Source: Hydrurus foetidus (Eukaryota). From it: a stretch of DNA of 64,000 bases. Location: NCBI GenBank assembly GCA_900617105.1, contig UYFQ01000685.1, positions 1-64,000 on the forward strand, read 5' to 3'. Below the pieces are notes generated by a model. The model was given only the letters and a program-made list of their open reading frames with translations. It ran no database searches and was not told where the DNA came from. Shown here piece after piece: positions 13,293 to 24,362 of this stretch (the first letter of the stretch is position 1; the number at the start of each line of letters is the position of its first letter). The translations under genes were made by a program, and so were the position numbers.

Positions 13293-13928
13293 GAAGATAC
13301 ATCATCTACAGCTAGAAGCTGCTGTTCCCCTTGGACCTTGGACTCATGCTGAGATACGGGTCTGTGGAATGGGCACCTATCTCGCTGATTTATGTGTGTA
13401 AATGTTAATGTTACTAACTCTCTTTAAGATAGTAGCTATGAGACAGTCAATGAGAAGATACATCACAGTCAAGTAACATGATCAATAAAAATTATCTATC
13501 AAAGTTATGTTACGACAAGAGAAAAAATAGTCGTCATTCCATGAGAAATGCACGTTCTGACAGGAATAGGTTATCTTGACAAAAGATTGCTACTGATTAC
13601 AGTCTACTTTGAAGAGAACAGTTAGAAGTACAGATTGGTTTATGGTGGTGTCTCCAGATATGAAGTTGTTGCAATACTTACATCGAATGGATACATATTC
13701 CAGATCTAGGTTGTGTATGTTATTTACGCCGTCATCGTTGTTTTATCATTATCAACTTAGTTAGAGGGATGAGAACTGTTTTAAAAATAGTAGGATAAAT
13801 GGGGCAAATTGTATATGAGCTGTGAGGGAGAGGGGGTTTCGGTTTCTGTTTTCTGACCGAAAATTATTCAGATTTGCTCCGATTTCATCCTATTTGCTAG
13901 TCGATAAAGTAGTATCAAGTATCAAGTA

Positions 13929-15414
13929 CCGTAAACGTAATATGTCGTGAGAATTTATCAAATAATTATTGGGATCATTCTCAGCCGGTTCCGGTTAATT
14001 AATTAATTCTAAGGAAGATTCTCACCACCCTATATTTTTAATTAATTACATTTTAAGAAGATGCAGAGATACAAAATCATTGTTTCGCTGTAACGTGCCC
14101 TTACAGCTGTAACTGCTTCCAACAGGATTTTCTTTTCTGGCGCACTTTTAAAAAATGATAAAATAAATAAGAAATACATGACATCATGAGAATTCTTCAT
14201 CGATTAGGATTAGCGCATAATTAAGTTGTCAAGCGAATTACACGAATCAAATTTGAAGAAGATATTTATGAAGACGTTAACAGTGATGCTAATGGTGTTG
14301 ATGATGTCAATGGTGATGATGATGCTGCTAATGATGATGCCTATGGTGATGCTACTGCTGATGATGCTGCTAATAGTGATGATGATTATGGTGCTAATGG
14401 TGACGATGATGATTTTAATACAGATTCGCTTGAGTGATCAAAAATATTATTTCGAAATTAGGAAATAGAGAGTTTGCGATTTCGGGTTTTTTTCAAAAAC
14501 GACTTTCAAAGTTGTCTTCTTCAAAGATGTTATTTACAGAAAAAAAATCTAAAAACGGTTTTGTCGGTCAAGAAGGCCGAACTCGTTTTCTGTGGTTTCT
14601 TTTCATTTTTTTTTGGGAAAAACGACTTTGAAGAAGTCGACTTTGAAAGTCGTTTTTGAAAAAACCCGAAATCGCAAACACTCCAATCAAGAACAACTTA
14701 ATCAAAATATTGGAGGTCTTGTAATCGCTTAATGGGGGCATAATTAATCTGTTCTTCGAAACATACTCATAAATTCTCTCATAATCTAAATAGTCTCTCG
14801 ATATCTGACAGCCAAGAAGGATAAAAATGTAGCCAGGTCATGAGTACGCGACGTCATGACTAAAATGGCATATCAAGCGTCCAAAATTTACTTCCAATCG
14901 CATGGCGGCACTGATAGAGGCTCCTTCTACCTGATTCCAATTGCTGAGATAACGAACAAAATCTTGAAGCGACAGCACCCGGATGGACAGTGATGTTAAG
15001 AAATTCCTTATTCTACTGTTGATAGCTATCACGTCGCTGGTAATAGGCTGTAGATTCTTCAACCAATCACATACACCGTAGCATTGAAAACCATCTAAAT
15101 TTGAACTTTTGCACCTTATCCGGACGCAAAGTACAGGCAAAATGTACGCACTTTAGTAAACGCTCGTTAAAAAACAACGTTAGCTAGAGGTTACGGCATG
15201 AGACCATCATTTTTGCTACCGTAGAGGTTGGTTCGAACTTGTCAAAAACCGCCGAGTTTGAGTTTAGGTGGTTCGACGCCCAATATTATTCTCAGTACTT
15301 CTTTTCTCAGTTAATTAATTCCTGTAGTTCTCTCTCACCACAAATTTTCAGTAATTAATTCGTATTTCAAATAATTCTCACGAAAACCATTCTCACGACA
15401 TATTACGTTTACGG
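13929..15414. mobile_element. Non-autonomous Tc1/mariner-type TIR element (1486 bp, TA TSD)
   Basis: Perfect 26-bp TIRs CCGTAAACGTAATATGTCGTGAGAAT at 13929-13954 and 15389-15414, flanked by TA on both sides. No intact transposase; an Asp-rich coding-like remnant lies at ~14250-14435. Confidence 0.88.
14467..14684. mobile_element. MITE (PIF/Harbinger/Tourist-like) nested in the mariner-type element
   Basis: ~60-bp imperfect TIRs (GTTTGCGATTTCGGGTTTTTT...CAAAAACGACTTTCAAAG). 3-bp direct repeat AAT at 14464-14466 and 14685-14687. Confidence 0.8.
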
Positions 15415-15590
15415 TATCCCTTCATCAATCCCGATCCCTTCATTTTCCTTCACAGTATTCCTATAACTCCTCATTATACATAATAATTAACAGTATATAT
15501 CCTTAACCCTTTATCACTCATCAATCAAGATTTCATGGCTTAACGCACTACCGTCGCCATGATTGATTTAGCAAAGAGAAGAAGATAGAA

Positions 15591-16298
15591 ATGAAAGAGA
15601 AGTATCACCCTTACTATGAGGCAACGAGAGAGTTGCTGGTGCGATACAAGCAGCTGCGCGGAAACATGAAAATTCATACAACATTTCGAATTCCCCGCAA
15701 CAGTGAGTCATGGCCTGAGAGCAGTTGGGGATATCGGCTGGGTAAGGTCGCATACCGCATACGATATGGTCGGCTGTTTATATTCTATCGAGATGATTTG
15801 GAGAAGATTGGTTTCATATTCCCAGAAAAAAGAAATCCCTACAGCTCACTGAAAATTATGCGAATGCTACTGCGATATAAGGAGCTGCACAGTGACATGA
15901 GGGTACCTCCATCATTTATTATACCAGATGATCCCGATCTCTGGCCAAGAGAAGCACGTAACTTTGACTTGGGCTATGTTGTAAGGAGCATGAGACTTGG
16001 TCTTGTTTTCCCTGACGAGTATCATGACTTTTTGAACGCCGGTTTCGAATTTGAAATCGTTCTCAATTTCGATTATGTTGCTGTGAAGCTAGCTCTCTTG
16101 CGCTACAAAGAGTTACACGGTGATATGATAGTGCCCACAAAATTTGTTGTTCCGAATAAGAGCAGCAAATGGCCAGAAGAAACATGGAGTCTGAATCTCG
16201 GTGCAGTCATGGAAAGTATACGGGAGTCGAATGAGTATGAAGAACACAAGGAGGAACTATTGGCCATAGGATTCAATTATGAACCTTCAAGTTTATGA
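15591..16298 (+). CDS. Helicase-associated (HA)-like repeat protein, 3 repeats
   Basis: Three ~75-aa repeats of the form LLRYKELHGDMxVPxxFxIP...WPxExWxxxLGxVxxxIR...LxxIGF. Start may lie further upstream (possible acceptor at ~15570). Confidence 0.7.
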   Translation: MKEKYHPYYEATRELLVRYKQLRGNMKIHTTFRIPRNSESWPESSWGYRLGKVAYRIRYGRLFIFYRDDLEKIGFIFPEKRNPYSSLKIMRMLLRYKELHSDMRVPPSFIIPDDPDLWPREARNFDLGYVVRSMRLGLVFPDEYHDFLNAGFEFEIVLNFDYVAVKLALLRYKELHGDMIVPTKFVVPNKSSKWPEETWSLNLGAVMESIRESNEYEEHKEELLAIGFNYEPSSL

Positions 16299-16719
16299 TG
16301 TGATCACCTTCAAGAGATTTTAATTTCTTTCGAAAATATCACTTTGAGTGGTCAAGAACTCATTATTGATGTTGAACATCAAATTCTGGCGTTTCTCTGC
16401 TTATTTTTATCCGATTCCACGTGCTGAATCTTCGTGGTGCATTTCTGTGATACTTGATGACCTGAAGAGAGAACCGAACGAATATAATATCCATCTTCCT
16501 ACAGTATATATAATATATAGTTCAAGGATGATCAACATGTACCAGGATCTGGAATCGTAGGTCCTAGATCCATTTCTGCCTTCCAGATTTCAGACGACGA
16601 TTCTTTTGCGCGCTAGGAAATTTCACTGAGGACAATAATTCGAATTACTTCGCGCACAGTTTTGAGTTGTCCACTACCTTCGGACTCACTTCTCAGATTA
16701 ATTTCCACTCAGTGAAATC

Positions 16720-17394
16720 ATGATGGACGACAGCGCGACTCACAGCGATGATAAGGCAGCGGAACGCGACGCAAACGATTTTGCACGCGAGAAAGATCTT
16801 AGTAACACCATGAATGAGGATGGAGGAGATTTGCTGTATGGGAATAGAAGCACTGGCGACGACGAGGATGATGGTCCAACCTCTTCCGTGGACAATATCA
16901 TACCGATGGACAAGATAAAGAATGGCTGGTTCGCCCTCAGCAATTACATGACGGTAAGTAGAGCGAATGAGAGGAGCAGTTTATATAGTTCCGTTCGATA
17001 TCTGACTAGAACTTGATCTATGATTCAACACTAACTTCAACAGGCGCAAGCTTGCGCGGCTCGAGAAAAAGCCATCGAGTTAAATAACAGCGAAACAGTC
17101 CAGAACATGCGGAAGCGAACAAGTGAAACAGTGGATAAATCTCTTGAGGCTGCGATGCCATACTGGGAAAAAACTAAAGAAGTGACGAGCCCATACATAG
17201 AGAAAACTAAAGAGAACGCCGCTCTGCTGTCAGAATCAATCAAACCTACAGTTGAAGCAGGATGGAAAACAATGTCTGAGGTAGCTGTCTCCGCGGCGGA
17301 ATATACCACCAATATCGTCACCAAAGTTGCTGGAAGACCAACTTCGAATGATTCTGGCGGATTTTCTTCGAGTGGGAGCAACATGACTGTATAG
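16720..17394 (+). CDS. Small hypothetical protein with acidic N-terminus and amphipathic-helix-like repeats (exons 16720-16953, 17044-17394)
   Basis: GTAAGT...CAACAG intron joins two ORFs in frame. Repeated PYWEKTKE/PYIEKTKE segments. Confidence 0.7.
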
Positions 17395-18287
17395 ATCTCA
17401 AAAAGTTTTGGAGCATTTTCTTTTTTTGTTGTTAAAGCGCAACGATATCATCCACGTGCCTGGATGTCTCTACTGTAATATCTTTCTTTTCATTTGCGGG
17501 ATACTGTTTATTTTGAAATTAGCACATATCAATTTACATGATTAAGTTCGTTGACTCAAAACTCACTTATTTTCTTATCGTCTCCCTAACTCATAGCGAC
17601 AACAAAATTGCATTTAAAGATCTCTAATATCGTTTGAATTGCGAATCGCAGCAGCGCACAACAATTCACTGCAAGCGGGACCGCACTGTCCATGTGCCTC
17701 ATGTTACTGCAGTTGCACGATCTCATTAATGCCATTGACATCATGTTCGTCTACCTCCGGATGATGGAACTATTTGTGGGACTGAAATTGTGGAGTTAAT
17801 GACTTGGGTTGATAGGAGTGACTCCATCGGTAGTCTAGCAGGCCCTTTCAGCACTCCAGCCCTTAGGATACTTCGGCCACATCGTGACGTCTTGAACCTT
17901 TGAAGATGATGATCTGGGTCAGAGTGCTGCCGATGCACTTTGGAAGAACCCGGGACGAGTGTACCACTTCACTGCATGTGATAGCGACGAGAGACTGAGA
18001 GATGGTGTTACCCGGAACAACGTAGCTCATTGCAACTTTTCGGGAAAGTCATCATTTGTTCTACAAAATTAAGAGAAGTACGATCACACCATTGTTGACT
18101 GCAGCAGAATGTCCTAGCTTAAGTCGTACTCTAACAGAGCGAGTATAGCAACAAAGTTATTTAGTACTGCATTTACAAATGAGTTGCATATGGCACACCT
18201 AAGTAATGGAAGTTTCTGAGGGATGAAGCCCTCTGATTAACTGCATTATAGAAGTAGTACGATGAAATATGCGGTTGATTGAACGCA

Positions 18288-21200
18288 TCACAAATCCTTA
18301 ACTCCATCCTCAACACCTACGGTTCTATTGTTCTCAGGGAATTTGACTCTGGAAGTCGTCCTGGCAGGAATCTCGTCTTCCCCTCTACTTCTTTGTTTAC
18401 TGCCCACGTGACCTAGAGGCATGTAGCTAATGGCGCTGAATAAAAGGGCGAGATATGCGAAGAATGTGAATCCTATCATGACCATGCCGAGGCCGAATAA
18501 ATTGTACCTCACTGAGCCGTTGAATTTGAGACGTTGTAAGACTTGCTCGCCTGCAGTACGAGTTTGTAGATGTCAAATCAGGAAGCATCAAGAAGGTATC
18601 AAATTAGATATGAGAAGGAGGATGTGCGGGAACGGATTTTAGTCTACCAATTACAGAGGCGGAGAATATGAACACTGTCGCATCGGACCACCTAGCACGT
18701 ACATACTGAATACAAAACATTATACACTAAATTCAGTCGCTTTTATTCCTCATAAAGCACCAAAATTGATTGAAACATTCTGACACAACAGCATGTTAAT
18801 CTCACAGACCAGGCAACGTTATTAACTGACCTGTTTTTTGGCAAGACTCAATGGAAATATCGCCACAATCAAAAATTTCTCCTTTGAACTCATTGACGCA
18901 AAGAGCCTAATAAAAGCGGAACAGAAATGAGAGTTTATAAGAATGGCACCGGAAGAGAATACAGCCAACTGAATGACTACGTTTCATGCATTATGTTTAC
19001 CTCGAAGCCCCATCTTAAGAAGGACAGGTAAGGAATCAAGTTGGCGACTGTGGGGAGTGAGCTCAGATTGACTGAGAGAACATAAATCGATATCGTCAAA
19101 AGAGGGAAGAAGTTACGTACGTTCATTTTCGTTGTTCTACACCACGGCATAATACTGCACTGCACTGCACTGCATGCACTGCATAGCACAGAGTCGTTCT
19201 ACTCTGTTCTATGAGTTGCAGTGCAATATCTTACTCCACTGCACCACACTGCACCACAAAGCGATACGTTGCACTGTACTGTACTGTACTGTACTAAAGC
19301 ATAGCATTATCAACAATGCAATACTCTGCATTCTAATGATCCTACAAACAAGAACACACACACCACACACATACACGCAGTACAGCATGTCACACTGAAC
19401 TCACTGTAGAATCCTCCGAAGAGCAAAGCGATGATGATTGCGGGAGGTCCCAGGGCAAGGGCTACTTCAACAGTAGGCACCATCGCAGATATTAGTAACC
19501 CTTAAGGGATGAAAAAGAAAGAAAAATACAGCGCGTTAATAAAGTTATGAAATCACTAATACTTGAAGTGGATTTGAAACACAGTTACATCAGTCACTTT
19601 CTTCTATGCAACGTATACGTACCTAGAGATATGGCAGTCAATGCTACCATGGCCACTATCCCGATGAACTGGCCAAAAACATGTGGATTTAATCCGACCA
19701 TGTAATATACGATCAAACTGCACAGTAATTTAATTCAATTAATTTAAATTGATTTAAAAATCAAAATTAAATTAATGAAGCGCAATTCAAGTGATATACA
19801 CTGTAGAATGTAGACGCTTGAGATCATGACAGTAACCGCAGATACAGAAAGTTCAAATATGTATTCACCTGAATACGAGACATGGCAGGAGGTTGAGGGG
19901 CAGCTCGACTATAAATTTTGCGACGAAGTAGCTCAGAGTATCATACGCCTTGTTGGATCGCTCTCTGTTTACAGTTGACAAGATAGCGTAAGTAAAGTCA
20001 AGAGTGATTGTTAGTGGACAAAATAGTCTGTCAAATAGGATAGTTACACATCTGTGAAAGGAGTACATCATAAAATCAACAATAATTGTACCTGTTAACA
20101 ATTAGCTTTTCCTTGGGGAAAGAATTTAGGACAGAAATGGTGCCGTTGAAAGCCTGATTGAGACAAATGACGAACAACAGACCAGTTCTATTGCCGATTG
20201 ACGCTTGGTTGTAACCAGCGTTTGAGTAGATTCCACCGATAATAAGCGCGAAGAAACAGGTGACCGTCATCTTGATTATCAGAGTTGGAATCTCTCTTGC
20301 CTAACATAAGGAAATGAAATTTGATTTAAAACTTATCTGTACTACAATTCATTTGTCAATAAGATAAATTTCTTGACGTATAAAAGTACGAAGTAAAGAA
20401 TTCACTACTCGATAGTATGAACTGCTTGGTATGGAAGTGTGCGAGCAAATGTGCGATGTGTACCTGTTCAGCGAATGATCTCCAACACAATAATCGAAAA
20501 TTTCTCATAAGACGAGTGAAGTCAGTTTTTTCTCCAGCTGACCGTAATGCTGATATATCTGTTTTGCTTTTCAGAACATGTATTTCTCTTGAATGCCTTG
20601 TGCTGTCATCCCATGAATCTCCTATCATTTGAATACGATCGTTGGCAATGATCTCAACCTGAAATAAAATTGCAAGCGTTTACTTCTCCTGAATAGATGA
20701 ATTTCTGACAATAACTGATCAAAAGAATGGGCTAGACCAATCGATAAGGATTAAGGTCAGGGAGCATTGCTGGACAAGAGAGTAAGTGGCACTTCTTCTA
20801 ACCTCTTCTGTTCTGCTATCCGGTGAAAGGACATCCAGGAAAAAATCTGACGGATTGAAATTTCTAGGACACTGATTACCGGTGGAGTTGAAGAACGGAA
20901 TTGCATCAGCAACATCGCCTACAGAGAAATAAAAGAGAAGGTGAGAATCTGTCATGGTATTGGAAATCACATAATTGTAAATCAGCAAACAGAATTAGTA
21001 AGGCAGTCTGTAACTTTTGCAGATTCATAAGCACAGATGTGATCGACATATTGTCTGTCCCATTCAACTCACCTAGAAACATTACACGGCCGCAGGAAAG
21101 GAGTAAAAGTCGATCGAACATCTCGTAAATGGAGGATCGTGGCTGATGAATCACTGATACTACGAGTCGGCCGTTCTTCGCAAGAGCTTTCATGCTCTCC

Positions 21201-22036
21201 ATGACAGAGTTAGCTTGAAAGGCATCCAAGCCACTTGTCGGTTCGTCAAGAAATAGTACAGCAGGATCTGGTCGTAGCAGGAGTGAAATTCAAATATGTC
21301 ATCAGTCTAGAAAGTAGAAGTAAGTTGAGCGTCAAAAGTCAATGGAAATGCACTGTTTGAACGATACCTGAGATTAGCTGGGCCCCAATGTTTGCCCGTC
21401 TTCTCTCTCCACCAGAAACGCCTCTCACCTTTTCATCTCCAATGATCGTATCCCTAGCTTTTCTTAATCCCATTTCATCTATAACGCTCATAACAAGTAA
21501 CTCCTTCGCTTCAAGGGTCACCCCGTTAGGAAGATAAAAATGGGCTGCGAGCATCATCGTTTCATACACCGTCAGATGGGGATACATCTTGTCGTCTTGC
21601 AGCACATATCCCGATATCCGACGAAAGTTTTCGTCTTTGCGGGGGACGCCATTCACCAAGATACTTCCTGTCAGGGCTGTCTTCGAAGATGCTCCATTTG
21701 GCATGCGTGCTGCCAAACAGTTCAGCAATGATGTCTTTCCGCATCCTATTTGAAATTTAACAAAATTAGAGTGACAGCCTGAATTGTAGGCCTGACACGG
21801 TTGTGGTTACCTGTGGGTCCCATTATAGCGAGCAGCTGTCCAGATTCAGCTCTACCACTGACGTTCTTCAGGATTCTGTTGTTTTTAGTCGCACTTTTCA
21901 GGAACGTTGAATTCTTTGAGTCCTTTGTTAGCACGGAGTACTCCAGTCCTTCCCATTCAATCGTCACATGCTCATCTTTGGCTCTTGTTGTGGCGTAATA
22001 CGCTGCAAGCTTCGACTCTGGTACCTCAGCGTTCAT
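18288..22036 (-). CDS. ABCG: ABCG (White-like) half-transporter, ~12 exons
   Basis: LLAIMGPTG/CGKTSLLN Walker A, GYVLQDD, RGVSGGERRR signature, LFLDEPTSGLDAFQA Walker B, VIHQP H-loop, then ABC2 membrane segments (FPKEKLIVNRERS, YFVAKFIVELP, YLSFLRWGFE). NBD precedes TMD. Confidence 0.93.
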
Positions 22037-22979
22037 TGCTTCTGCAGGAATGATACCAAGTATTGTTTAGTGGAATGACTTGTAACCGCAGCTCGGTGAG
22101 ATTTGCGCAGGTGATCACTCGGCTCCAGATGAGATGCGGATGGCGACGCTGGTGAGATCAGAAGAGGCTGCACGGCTGTACTAAACTTGCTCATGTAAGA
22201 AGATCAGAGATGAGTGCGAAGAGGTATTCCGTATTCCTCTACGGAACCAAACTCAACTGTGGGTACTGACGTTTCTCGATGAAGTGAGGTATATAAGAAA
22301 ATTTAAGATAAAAATGTTAGAAATTCAGTTTTGAAAACGGCATCTGACATTAGACGGTCAAGGGTGAAGTTGTGAAGTTCTGCAACGTGCTGCTGTATTC
22401 TAACACACTCAACTTTCTTGCACACTGTACGCATCATCAGCTGCTGTTTTTTACAGTCACGCTCAGAATTCAAAGTTTTCTCGTTGCTCGCTTTTAGAAG
22501 AAAATCAAGTCTGTCAACTCTCAGGCTGAATCGTTTTTAGCATGGTACGAATTCATCCGCTGGTCTGTCTCTTTTGCTATTTTGAGATCAGCCTTTCTTT
22601 CATTTCTCTCTGTGTTGAAAATAGTTGAAAGGTCTCGTAAGTCAAGTCAGGCTTTTTTAAAACTCTCTTAAAAGAATTCTGAGTAACAGAAACTAGAAAA
22701 ATTGTCTCGCATATCTTACTATAAGGAGTTAATTCATAGTGCATGTCTGGACTGATGGCAGAAGATGCAATGAGACAGGTGATTCAGTTAGATGATTTGT
22801 GGCGTCGCGTCGCGAATACACATCGTTATCTAATAATCCTCCGTCTCGTCTCTCAGTCGCTTCAGGGCGAACATGTACGGTAAAATCTCAGTGTCTGTCT
22901 GTTCATGAAGACAAAGGTAAACGGAAGTTAGAAGTCAGATTGTGAGCGGAAAGATAAAGCGAAACTCAGAGCGATGCTG

Positions 22980-23075
22980 GCTTCTCTGCTCAAATAATGT
23001 TATGAGCATTGTGGTTTTATCCTCAAATAATTCATAGAATAATTCAGAAGGTGTAGAATGACGATCATTGCAGAG
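22980..23075 (-). ncRNA. Box C/D-like snoRNA, copy A1
   Basis: Terminal stem CUCUGC/GCAGAG, C-like AUGAUCG, guide AUUCUACACCUU, D' CUGA, stem-loop, C' UUGAGGA, D-like UUGA. Confidence 0.6.
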
Positions 23076-23280
23076 GGGTAGACTGTGTTGAATTCGCATA
23101 TACGATAAAGGCAGTGCTTACTTTTCCATTGAGATCCTCCTGTCGCCCTCCTTCACGTACACCTTTGAAGCATTTAAAGATGCCTGCATTGGTGATGAAA
23201 GAAAGAAATTAACTTCTGTGAATCTCATTTTCATAACTTCAGATAGGGTTTATGCATCTTCAGAATAAATGGTTGATAAA

Positions 23281-23416
23281 TTTACGACTACCACGGGGCG
23301 GAGTGACTTCACTGAATGAAGGACACCGCACGGAAAGGCAGTCATTGGACTTTACTGTCCCTGTAACATCAAGAAGCGACTAATCTGAGTGACCCGCATC
23401 TTAAGTTTTACAGGTG
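23281..23416 (-). ncRNA. H/ACA-like snoRNA, copy B1
   Basis: Hairpin CCUGUAA...UUACAGG, H box ACAGUA, hairpin GACUGCC...GGUAGUC with pocket UUUCCGU/CCCGU, and AAA 14 nt from the pocket top. Identical to 23913-24048. Confidence 0.65.
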
Positions 23417-23621
23417 CTGATTCTCAGCAAAATAAAAAAGTGGTCAATTTGCGATAAGCTAGAAGACTGATTATCAGTGGGTAGATTCCTACATTATTGG
23501 GGTCTTATGGATGCCAAGAGTTCGATATCCCAGTCATTTAGGTCCCTGAAAATGGTTGGGAAGTAGATAATTAGGAATAAATGTATTTCTGAAATTGATC
23601 GAAGTACTGTTCTCAATCGGG

Positions 23622-23734
23622 AGCTTCTCTGCTCAAATAATGTTATGAGCATTGTGGTTTTATCCTCAAATAATTCATAGAATAATTCAGAAGGTGTAGA
23701 ATAATGTTTGTCGATCATAGCAGTAACAGAAGCT
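23622..23734 (-). ncRNA. Box C/D-like snoRNA, copy A2
   Basis: Same architecture as A1. Guide UUAUUCUACACCU is complementary to the conserved LSU rRNA segment AGGUGUAGAAUAA (recalled). Confidence 0.62.
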
Positions 23735-23912
23735 CTGAGAAATCTATTTCAGCATTTCATTAACTCTACCTCTTCTAAATTTGGAGAGCGCCATTTAGAT
23801 GGTGCCGCTTTCCCAAGAGAGATGGTCCTGTAATGATCGTATAAGAAATCGGTTATTAAATTACGATGTTCCTGACGATATGCGTTCATGACTTTAGGGT
23901 ATGATTGAGGAG

Positions 23913-24048
23913 TTTACGACTACCACGGGGCGGAGTGACTTCACTGAATGAAGGACACCGCACGGAAAGGCAGTCATTGGACTTTACTGTCCCTGTAACA
24001 TCAAGAAGCGACTAATCTGAGTGACCCGCATCTTAAGTTTTACAGGTG
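23913..24048 (-). ncRNA. H/ACA-like snoRNA, copy B2
   Basis: 136 bp identical to B1 while the flanks are unrelated. Confidence 0.65.
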
Positions 24049-24250
24049 GATGATACATCGATTTGACATTCAGAGAGCTGTAACGCATTTTTACCTAGTC
24101 AAGGTCAGACATAATTTTCAATCTCCTTGTGGCGTGCTCACGTTTGTTTAAGCTCGGGAGTAACGGGCTCAGAGTCTACACACCATCGAGAAGAAAAGCG
24201 GTCAGTTCAGTCGAGTTTATAGCAAATGATGCACTTTTCGAAGTCGAAGA

Positions 24251-24362
24251 AGCTTCTCTGCTCAAATAATGTTATGAGCATTGTGGTTTTATCCTCAAAT
24301 AATTCATAGAATAATTCAGAGGTGTAGAATAATGTTTGTCGATCATAGCAGTAACAGAAGCT
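24251..24362 (-). ncRNA. Box C/D-like snoRNA, copy A3
   Basis: Identical to A2 except for a 1-nt deletion between guide and D' box (CAGAGGTG vs CAGAAGGTG on the + strand). Confidence 0.62.

Noticed and set aside
14226..14468. Met/Leu-rich hydrophobic ORF
   Set aside because: An off-frame reading of a GAT-rich tract inside a transposon.
22980..24362. CRISPR-like array (conserved repeats with unique spacers)
   Set aside because: Repeats of 96-136 bp of two alternating types and ~200-bp spacers do not fit CRISPR, there are no cas genes, and the context is eukaryotic. Splice signals and snoRNA boxes explain the pattern better.
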